This document shows, in pieces, positions 28,297 to 35,884 of a stretch of DNA of 64,000 bases (the first letter of the stretch is position 1; every line of letters starts with the position of its first letter). The stretch covers positions 10,852 through 74,851 of the forward strand of contig CAIKOH010000064.1 of assembly GCA_903829075.1 (NCBI GenBank), read 5' to 3'. The DNA is from Candidatus Uhrbacteria bacterium. GTDB taxonomy: Bacteria; Patescibacteriota; Patescibacteriia; 2-12-FULL-60-25. Under the pieces are notes generated by a model, which saw nothing but the letters and a program-made list of their open reading frames with translations, searched no databases and was not told where the DNA came from. Position numbers and translations under genes: made by a program.

Positions 28297-29064
28297 ATGC
28301 AGTTTTCGCCAAAGGAGGCCGACGTGTATCTCGCCTTACTGCAACTTGGCCAAGCCAGCGCACAGGACATCGCCGATAAAGCCAACATCAATCGAACCAC
28401 CTCATACCCGGTCATTGAATCCTTGCGTGAACGCGGATTAATCAACAGCGTCACCCAGGAAAAAAAGGTTCAGTACATCCCAGAAAGTCCGGAGCGCTTG
28501 ATCTTTTTGATGGATCGCGATGTAACTGCAGCGCGCGAACGTTTGGCTCGCGTGCAAGAAAATATTCCGCGCATGCTCGCCCTGTTCCGCGGCGCAGATG
28601 AAAAACCGGCCGTGCGCTACTTCGAAGGCGCCAAAGCTCTCATCCAACTCAGACGTGAGATGCTCGAAGAACAGCAGACCATTGATCAGATTGACGAGAT
28701 GTTTTGTGTCGACGAGGTTTTGCAGGAACTGGTCAAAATTCAACCCGAGCAACGTTTTGCCGTGACACGGCAGGTCACACGCGTGCGTGTACTCATGGCG
28801 ATCAAGCCCGGATTTCTCCCACCCTTTTTTGATCGACGCAAAATCGAAGCGCGCGAAATGGATTACGCACAAGCGCCCTTCAGTGGAGAGGTCGCTCTGC
28901 TCCGCGATCGCGTCTACGTCTTCGCAGGACAGGCGAAAGGTCTCGGCATCGTGATTGAAAGCACCCAGATTTCAACGCTCATTCGTGCGATATTTGAAGC
29001 AGCTTGGCACCATGCAAAGATCTGGGAACCGCCAGAAGAATGGGGAACAATATTACCAACCTAA
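28297..29064 (+). CDS. TrmB-family transcriptional regulator
   Basis: SPKEADVYLALLQLGQASAQDIADKANINRTTSYPVIESLRERGLI matches the TrmB HTH region. Confidence 0.75.
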   Translation: MQFSPKEADVYLALLQLGQASAQDIADKANINRTTSYPVIESLRERGLINSVTQEKKVQYIPESPERLIFLMDRDVTAARERLARVQENIPRMLALFRGADEKPAVRYFEGAKALIQLRREMLEEQQTIDQIDEMFCVDEVLQELVKIQPEQRFAVTRQVTRVRVLMAIKPGFLPPFFDRRKIEAREMDYAQAPFSGEVALLRDRVYVFAGQAKGLGIVIESTQISTLIRAIFEAAWHHAKIWEPPEEWGTILPT

Positions 29065-29073
29065 ATAAAAACT

Positions 29074-29631
29074 ATGCCCTCCACCTCCTCGCAACCGTCT
29101 TCCTGGATATCTCTTGTTACGCGTGATCTCTGCAGCGATGATGCGGCCTGGCAACGTTTTCAAACGCGCATCGAACAAGGTGGGGTTTCGCGGGAAGAAA
29201 ACCCCTTGTCTCATTTTGGTGTCCAGTTCGTTCCTCTGAATCAAAAAACCCGTGAAGTCTTTCTCGTGCATCACAAAAAAGCCAATCAATGGATCGCGGC
29301 GGGCGGACATGTTGATCTACACGAAACACCAGAACAGACCTTGCTGCGAGAATACTTCGAAGAGCTCGGTGAACAACTTGACCCTAAGACGGTGCCATCG
29401 CCTATCTTTTTTTCCATTCTCGATATCGATCTCACACGTCCAACCTGTCAGACGCATCATGATCTATGGTACGCTATTCCTTCAGACGGTTCGCATTTTC
29501 AGGTTGATCCAACGGAATTTTATGAGACGCGCTGGATGTCCTTTGATGAAGCGCGGGCCCTTGTGACGGATCAGAACAATCTGCTCGCATTGGAACGAAT
29601 TTTTCTTCCTGCTTCTCGTACGGTACACTGA
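29074..29631 (+). CDS. NUDIX hydrolase
   Basis: Nudix box GGHVDLHETPEQTLLREYFEELG. Confidence 0.85.
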   Translation: MPSTSSQPSSWISLVTRDLCSDDAAWQRFQTRIEQGGVSREENPLSHFGVQFVPLNQKTREVFLVHHKKANQWIAAGGHVDLHETPEQTLLREYFEELGEQLDPKTVPSPIFFSILDIDLTRPTCQTHHDLWYAIPSDGSHFQVDPTEFYETRWMSFDEARALVTDQNNLLALERIFLPASRTVH

Positions 29632-29635
29632 TGCC

Positions 29636-31078
29636 ATGTCGTCGGCTCTTTCAAGCGCCTCTGAACGCATCGCACTTCCTTCGTGGGAGGTGTTCGCGAT
29701 TTTTCTGTACGTAATCGGTGCTTGTATTGGCTTAGGAGTTGGCGTACCGCTCCTGATCGCTCTGCTGTTCGCCTGCGCGGGACTGTTCGTGTGGCGTTTT
29801 CCGTATGCGACGTTTTATGCAATGCTGGCCGCTTCTCCCTGCCTTGGCTGGATCATGAGCGTTCCCCTTTTATTTTGGACAAACGCGCCATCCGTGATTC
29901 AAATCAGCATCGGTGATGCACTCGTTTTATTGCTTGCAATCGTCTGGCTTGCTCGCGCACTGACCACTCGCTTCCTGCACGGAAGGCACGAACACTGGTC
30001 TGCACCGCTCATCGGCGCCTATGGCATTCTTGTACTCGGGCAGTTCCTCTCGATTTTTTCCAGCGCCTCACCAAACCCCTCCTCCATTGTAAAATTCGTG
30101 CTGCATCCCGTCGCCTTTGTCTACCTTGGATCAATTTTTCTCCCGGTCACCTTTATTCGTACCCGCCGCGATCTCACGCACGCGCTCGCCGTTCTCACCA
30201 GCGTCGGCGTGGCGTTCGCATTAGATGGATTTCGCTCGCTCTTCATTTTTGGCGTGATGGAAGCAGGGTTCCATCGCGCGCGACCACTTGGCTTGTTTGG
30301 GATCAATTTTTTAGGCGGCAACCACAATGCGCTTGGCGAAGCCCTGATCTTCATCGTGCCTCTGGCGATTGTTCTTGGGTTACTCGCTGACACGGCTCAA
30401 GCTCGACGAACCGCCTGGTCCGCAGCCCTGTTCATGACCCTGATTGCCCTGTTAACGTTTGCACGCTCTGCCTGGCTTGCACTTGGGGTTGAAGCAATCT
30501 TTCTTGGATGCACGGTCTGGCGCGGCTGGGTCAAGGAACAGGCACAAACGCTCATTCGTCTTGCTCTCGCCTGCACGCCACTTGCCGCAATCATGACCTG
30601 GTTTTCTCTTGGACCAGCGGTTCAAAGCTCAACGGATGCGCGCTTGACGCTGGCAGATATTGCATGGAATTTCTTTCGCGGAAACATCTGGCTCGGTGTT
30701 GGCAGCGGGACATTTACCGAACGTCTAGGGAACGTTTGGCTGTACGCTGTAGACTACGGAGATCCGATCGATGCGCACGGCCTGATACAAAAAATCGGCG
30801 CGGAAAGTGGTCTGGCTGGTCTAAGCACGTGTACATTTTTTGGATGGCGCCTCATTCGTCATCTGCATATCAGCTGGCACAAACTCACTCGTTCACCGCA
30901 AGCATTAAATATGTATGCCCTCCTGTGTGCCGCAGCTCTTGGCGCATTCACCTATCAACTCTTCAGCACCAGCATCTGGACCGCGCGCCTATGGCTGCCG
31001 ATTGGTCTCGCGCTCGCCGGAGGCCGCGTACTGCTTGGGAAACAGGCGGAAGCGGATCCCAAATTTTTTCCTTCATGA
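29636..31078 (+). CDS. O-antigen ligase/polymerase-like (Wzy_C type) polytopic membrane protein
   Basis: 480 aa with 10 or more hydrophobic helices. Contains LLTFARSAWLALG. Set among glycosyltransferase genes. Confidence 0.65.
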   Translation: MSSALSSASERIALPSWEVFAIFLYVIGACIGLGVGVPLLIALLFACAGLFVWRFPYATFYAMLAASPCLGWIMSVPLLFWTNAPSVIQISIGDALVLLLAIVWLARALTTRFLHGRHEHWSAPLIGAYGILVLGQFLSIFSSASPNPSSIVKFVLHPVAFVYLGSIFLPVTFIRTRRDLTHALAVLTSVGVAFALDGFRSLFIFGVMEAGFHRARPLGLFGINFLGGNHNALGEALIFIVPLAIVLGLLADTAQARRTAWSAALFMTLIALLTFARSAWLALGVEAIFLGCTVWRGWVKEQAQTLIRLALACTPLAAIMTWFSLGPAVQSSTDARLTLADIAWNFFRGNIWLGVGSGTFTERLGNVWLYAVDYGDPIDAHGLIQKIGAESGLAGLSTCTFFGWRLIRHLHISWHKLTRSPQALNMYALLCAAALGAFTYQLFSTSIWTARLWLPIGLALAGGRVLLGKQAEADPKFFPS

Positions 31079-32178
31079 CCACCATGCAAAAACCTGAAAT
31101 CATCCAGATTCTCTGGGGGCTTGATCGCGGTGGCGCAGAACGCATGGCCTTTCAACTTGCGTGTGGTTTACGCGAGCGAAATTGGCGCGTGCGCATGATC
31201 GCAGCCGGTGGTGGTGGCGACCTGCAGGAAGAAATCGAGCGCACCGGAATCCCTCTACACATCGGACCGGACACGCGCAATCGTTTCGCGACATTGAATT
31301 TTTTGCGACGCGAATTACCTCGCCGATCTTCCGCCATCTACCACACACATCTCGGTGCCGACATCTGGGCAGGTCTGATCGCGCGTACGCGTGGCATCCC
31401 CTGGGTCGCAACAGCGCATAGCCAAGAGGAACATCAACCACGACTCCGTACCTGGATGCATGAACGAATGCTACGCCAAGCAACTCACGTCGCCTGCGTC
31501 TCAAAAGAAGTACAAAACAGGATCTGGACACAAGCCCATGTCCCAATAAAACGCACCTCAGTCATCCCTTGTGGTATTGATGTCCAACTTTTTTCTACAC
31601 GCGCGCACATCCGCCATCTACACGACATTCCACGCTTCATCAGTGTCGGACGCCTTGTCTCAGGGAAACGTCATGCATTATTACTCGAAGCACTGGCAGC
31701 CATCCGCCGTCCATGGCAGCTCGAACTCGTTGGCGATGGCCCGGAACGATCCTCGCTCACTCGACTCGCTCAACGCCTCGGCATTCTTCCACGCATAAAA
31801 TTCACCGGCAGCGTTGAACCAAAACGCGTCGCACAACTTCTTCAAGAATCAGATGTATTCTGCTTTCCCTCTGAACAAGAGGGCCAAGGACTGTCCGTCC
31901 TCGAAGCTGCCACATCTGGCCTGCCGCTTATTCTGTCCAACCTCCCCGTATATCGCGAATGGTTTCAACCAAATGACGTCACCTTTGTCCACGAGACAAC
32001 TCCGCACGCCTGGACGTCTGCTCTCGAACAAATCTGGACAGCACCACCGACCTTCTTCGCACGCGCAGAACCGATCGCGCAACGCGTGCGCGATCAGGCC
32101 TCACTTGATACCATGGTGATGAACTACGAAGCGATCTACTCTCAACTCACGCCCCATGCGCATCCTTCACGTCAATAA
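31075..32178 (+). CDS. glycosyltransferase family 4
   Basis: The ATG at 31075 (ATGA overlap with the upstream stop) gives MTTMQKPEIIQILWGLDRGGAERM. Contains FPSEQEGQGLSVLEA. The upstream part of the track ORF is a shadow of the previous gene. Confidence 0.85.
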   Translation: MTTMQKPEIIQILWGLDRGGAERMAFQLACGLRERNWRVRMIAAGGGGDLQEEIERTGIPLHIGPDTRNRFATLNFLRRELPRRSSAIYHTHLGADIWAGLIARTRGIPWVATAHSQEEHQPRLRTWMHERMLRQATHVACVSKEVQNRIWTQAHVPIKRTSVIPCGIDVQLFSTRAHIRHLHDIPRFISVGRLVSGKRHALLLEALAAIRRPWQLELVGDGPERSSLTRLAQRLGILPRIKFTGSVEPKRVAQLLQESDVFCFPSEQEGQGLSVLEAATSGLPLILSNLPVYREWFQPNDVTFVHETTPHAWTSALEQIWTAPPTFFARAEPIAQRVRDQASLDTMVMNYEAIYSQLTPHAHPSRQ

Positions 32179-33370
32179 ATTTTTTGATCTTCATGGCGGT
32201 GCCGAGATCTACATGCACCGCTTGATGGAAATGCAGGCAGCGGCAGGACATGAGGTTCACGCATTTTCGACGCGCAGCGAAAAAAATCTTCCGTCACCAG
32301 ATCGTGATTTTTTTGTGACGCGCTACGATCTGGATAAACGTGAAGGAGCAAAAATCGATGCGCAAAAAGCTCTCAATTACGCATGGAATTACGCCGCAGA
32401 ACGCTCCATGCAGGACATGCTTCAGACGCATCGACCAGACGTAGTGCATCTTCATAACCTCTATCATCATCTCTCAACCTCTGTCCTCGTGCCCATTCGA
32501 CGCGCCAGAATCCCCTGCGTGCAAACTCTGCACGATTATAAACTCGCCTGCCCAAGCTATAAAATGTTCACACAAGGAAGCGTCTGTGAACGTTGCAAAG
32601 GCGGAAAATATTGGAACGCTGTACGCTTTTCTTGTCTCTCGAGTGGATTTGTTCCCAACGTTCTCGCAGCCCTTGAAATGGGCTTAACAAAAGCGAATCA
32701 ATCGTACGAAAAAACCGTGCGCACCTTTTTATGCCCCTCACGCTTCTTGATGGAAAAAATGCAGGACTGGGGTGAACCATCCGGCAAGTTGCGATTCATG
32801 CCAAATCCAACCGACCTGTCCGACCAACCAGCTCCCCGCGGCGGTGGATATCTCGTCTATGCAGGACGCTTGTCCGCAGAAAAAGGTCTCATGAGTTTTA
32901 TCACGGCTGCTGCCAGTATGCCGGATGTTCCGGTCAAGATTCTTGGCCGTGGACCCGAGGAGGAACGCCTGCGTTCTGCTGCGCGTGATGCCGGAGCTAC
33001 GCACATTGAATTTCTTGGATTTCAGGCGCCGGCCGAAGTCACACGCATCCGTTCACGCGCCGAAGCTGTGGTACTTCCCTCGATCTGGTACGAAAATGCC
33101 TCGCTCGCTCTTTTAGAAGCGATGGGCCAAGGCCTCCCCTGTCTCGCCACCCGCATTGGGGGAAATCCTGAACTCGTGGACGATGAAAAAACCGGCTTCC
33201 TCGTCAAACCAAATGACGTGCAGGACTGGCAGCGCATCATTCGACGCTTTCAAGCGCTAACAATCGATCAGCGTACAAAGATGGGAGAAGGCGCGAGAGA
33301 AAAAGTGAGGAAGACACACCTATGGTCAACCCATCTTGAACAGGTAATGCAGTGCTATCAAAACCTATGA
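32156..33370 (+). CDS. glycosyltransferase family 4
   Basis: 404 aa. Contains MRILHVNKFFDLHGGAE, GRLSAEKG and PSIWYENASLALLEAM. Confidence 0.85.
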   Translation: MRILHVNKFFDLHGGAEIYMHRLMEMQAAAGHEVHAFSTRSEKNLPSPDRDFFVTRYDLDKREGAKIDAQKALNYAWNYAAERSMQDMLQTHRPDVVHLHNLYHHLSTSVLVPIRRARIPCVQTLHDYKLACPSYKMFTQGSVCERCKGGKYWNAVRFSCLSSGFVPNVLAALEMGLTKANQSYEKTVRTFLCPSRFLMEKMQDWGEPSGKLRFMPNPTDLSDQPAPRGGGYLVYAGRLSAEKGLMSFITAAASMPDVPVKILGRGPEEERLRSAARDAGATHIEFLGFQAPAEVTRIRSRAEAVVLPSIWYENASLALLEAMGQGLPCLATRIGGNPELVDDEKTGFLVKPNDVQDWQRIIRRFQALTIDQRTKMGEGAREKVRKTHLWSTHLEQVMQCYQNL

Positions 33371-34041
33371 ACCTCTGGACCTGGCCAGACGGACTCGTTT
33401 GGCGCGCGACCCGCACCATCACCGAACGCTCTCGACATCAACGGTTCGATATTTTCATGCAACTGGCCAAACCAAATCCGTCTGACCGCGTACTTGATGT
33501 CGGCGTTGGTGCGGGTGAAAGTCGCGCGCTCAATTTTTTTGAGGAATGGTATCCCTGGCGTGCGCACATCACCGCTCTCGCAACAGAGGATTTACCAACA
33601 TTCCGCAAACAATATCCGGAAATTCAACTCGTTATTGGCGATGGACGCACACTCCCCTTCGCAGACCACTCGTTTGACCTCGTGGTTTCAAACGCGGTGC
33701 TCGAACACGTAGGAACAAAAAATGACCAGCGGCGCTTTATCGCCGAAGCGTGCCGCGTGGGCAAACGCGTAGTTCTTTCTACCCCAAACCGCTGGTTTCC
33801 GGTGGATGCACACACCATGATCCCGTTCGCGCACTGGCTCCCGCTCGGGATGCGCAACGCGATCTATCGCAAACTCGCTCGCGACTATTACGCCAGCGAA
33901 GAACGTTTGCGTTTGCTCGGATTACGCGAGCTCGTTCAGCTTCTCCCTAAAAACACGACCTATAAAATTCATCGCCAGCGACTCCTGGGATGGACAGCCA
34001 ATATCAACATATTGATTGAAAGAAGAAAAAAGTACATTTGA
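33367..34041 (+). CDS. class I SAM-dependent methyltransferase
   Basis: Contains VLDVGVGAGES and DLVVSNAVLEHV. The ATG at 33367 forms an ATGA overlap with the upstream stop. Confidence 0.8.
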   Translation: MNLWTWPDGLVWRATRTITERSRHQRFDIFMQLAKPNPSDRVLDVGVGAGESRALNFFEEWYPWRAHITALATEDLPTFRKQYPEIQLVIGDGRTLPFADHSFDLVVSNAVLEHVGTKNDQRRFIAEACRVGKRVVLSTPNRWFPVDAHTMIPFAHWLPLGMRNAIYRKLARDYYASEERLRLLGLRELVQLLPKNTTYKIHRQRLLGWTANINILIERRKKYI

Positions 34042-34105
34042 GAAGGTATACTCTAAAGGATCTTGCTCTTACGCAGTATCCTCTCAGGTGGTTCAATAGT
34101 GTCAT

Positions 34106-35386
34106 ATGTCTCTCACCTACGATCCTTCCGGCATGTACCTGCCGCATGGCGAATTATCCCCGACCCTTCTTTCACAACGCGCAGCACATCTCGAAGATGC
34201 TCGCCGCACCATCTTGCAATCAAAAAATACGCGACCTCTTGGTTGGCTGGATTTACCATCCGATCGTGTCATGCGTACGCGCATTAAACAGGTCGTAGCG
34301 GCAACAAAAAAATTCGATACGCTGCTCGTTCTTGGTATCGGCGGTTCAGATCTTGGCGCACGGGCGATTCTGCAAGCGCTTCCAAGCAAGCAGCGTGTGT
34401 TGTTTGCTGGTGACACGACCGACCCCGATGCGCTCGCGTCCATCCTATCGCAACTCAATTTGAAAAAGATCGTCGTCAACATTATTTCAAAATCCGGTGA
34501 CACGTTAGAGCCCATGAGTACGTTTTTTATTCTTCGTGATTTACTCAAAAAACAGGTTGGCAAAAATTTCATCCAACAGATCGTCGCAACCACAGACGCG
34601 AATCAGGGCACACTCCATGATCTCGCTCACACCGAGGGCTATCACACCCTAATCGTTCCAGATGATGTTGGCGGACGGTTCTCGGTGCTCTCAGACGTCG
34701 GATTATTTCCCGCAGCGTGGGCCGGCGTTCACACCGAACAACTCCTTGCGGGAGCAGCGGCCCAAGTCGAACTATTCCGCGCACAACCCGTTGAACAACA
34801 GGCTACGGCCACGTACGCACTCCTCCATGCAGAATCCTATCAACGCTATGGTCGTCACTTATTCGTATTCATGCCCTATGCGGCACGTCTGACAGAATGT
34901 GCACGCTGGTATCGTCAACTCATCGCCGAGAGTTTAGGTAAGACGACAGAAAAACATGCTATTGGTCCAACGCCCATCGCCGCGCTGGGGCCAACCGATC
35001 AACATTCACAACTCCAACTCTACATGGACGGTCCTTCAGACAAAATCATCACCTTCCTTGAGATCGGATCGTTCACTTCAAAGCTCCGTGTTCCCAAAAC
35101 ACTTCCTGAGGCAGGACGTCTTTCAAACATGAAAGACGTGCTCTTCGAAGACCTGATTCACGCCGAACGTCGCGCCACCGCCGATGCCTTGTCTCACGCG
35201 CATCGACCAAACGGCACGATCACCTTGCCAAAACTCGATACGTTTCATCTGGGCGAGCTGTTTCAATTTTTCATGTTGAGCACAGCGTATCTGGGTGAAT
35301 TGCTGCACGTAAATGCCTACGATCAACCCGGCGTCGAGGATAGCAAGCGCCGTTTTCGCGAATGGCTTGACACGCGCTCGTCCTAA
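34106..35386 (+). CDS. pgi: glucose-6-phosphate isomerase
   Basis: 426 aa. Contains the GIGGSDLGARA and DDVGGRFSVLSDVG signatures. Confidence 0.88.
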   Translation: MSLTYDPSGMYLPHGELSPTLLSQRAAHLEDARRTILQSKNTRPLGWLDLPSDRVMRTRIKQVVAATKKFDTLLVLGIGGSDLGARAILQALPSKQRVLFAGDTTDPDALASILSQLNLKKIVVNIISKSGDTLEPMSTFFILRDLLKKQVGKNFIQQIVATTDANQGTLHDLAHTEGYHTLIVPDDVGGRFSVLSDVGLFPAAWAGVHTEQLLAGAAAQVELFRAQPVEQQATATYALLHAESYQRYGRHLFVFMPYAARLTECARWYRQLIAESLGKTTEKHAIGPTPIAALGPTDQHSQLQLYMDGPSDKIITFLEIGSFTSKLRVPKTLPEAGRLSNMKDVLFEDLIHAERRATADALSHAHRPNGTITLPKLDTFHLGELFQFFMLSTAYLGELLHVNAYDQPGVEDSKRRFREWLDTRSS

Positions 35387-35436
35387 CTCTTGACACGCTC
35401 TATCAACCCTTCATGACTCTGCTATCATAAAGGCAT

Positions 35437-35784
35437 ATGAACAAAAAATCAGGTCATCTCGCCTCAGGTCTCGCCATTGGTACGATTCTTGGGATTGCCG
35501 CTGGATTCTTCATTCAATCAAAGGAAGGGAAAAAACTGAGCAAGGATGCACAGAAAAAAGCCTTGCGCTTACAAAAGGATGTCATGAAAAAACTGGAAGA
35601 CACGGGTGATTTAACCAAAGAGACGTATGCTGAGCTCGTCGACAAAATCCTCGCTTCATACGTCAAAGGCAAAGACATTGCCCAAAAAGAAATTCCAGAA
35701 GTACGCAAATTTCTCTTGAGCCGCTGGAAACAGGTCGAGGAACAATTGACGAACCTGACCCGAGAAGAGGATGACGAAGCGTAA
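35437..35784 (+). CDS. YtxH-like small membrane-anchored protein
   Basis: 115 aa. N-terminal anchor GLAIGTILGIAAGFF followed by a Lys/Glu-rich helix. Confidence 0.6.
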   Translation: MNKKSGHLASGLAIGTILGIAAGFFIQSKEGKKLSKDAQKKALRLQKDVMKKLEDTGDLTKETYAELVDKILASYVKGKDIAQKEIPEVRKFLLSRWKQVEEQLTNLTREEDDEA

Positions 35785-35800
35785 AAACTAGCAGCAACGA

Positions 35801-35829
35801 ACACTCGCGATTAGTTCGCGGGTGTTTTG
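35801..35829 (+). terminator. intrinsic terminator of the YtxH-like gene
   Basis: ACACTCGCGA-ttagt-TCGCGGGTGT followed by TTTT. Confidence 0.5.
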
Positions 35830-35842
35830 AAATAAAAGAATC

Positions 35843-35884
35843 TGAAAAACAAACCGACCCGCGTGCAGGAGTGCACACGGGTCG
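35843..35884 (-). terminator. GC-rich terminator of the high-GC island gene
   Basis: 13-bp stem with one mismatch (35855-35867 pairs with 35872-35884). On the minus strand it is followed by GTTTGTTTTTC. Confidence 0.5.

Noticed and set aside
30508-31074. N-terminal 189 aa of the 556-aa track ORF.
   Set aside because: It lies entirely within the O-antigen-ligase-like gene in another frame. The GT4 homology starts at the ATG at 31075, which overlaps the upstream stop.
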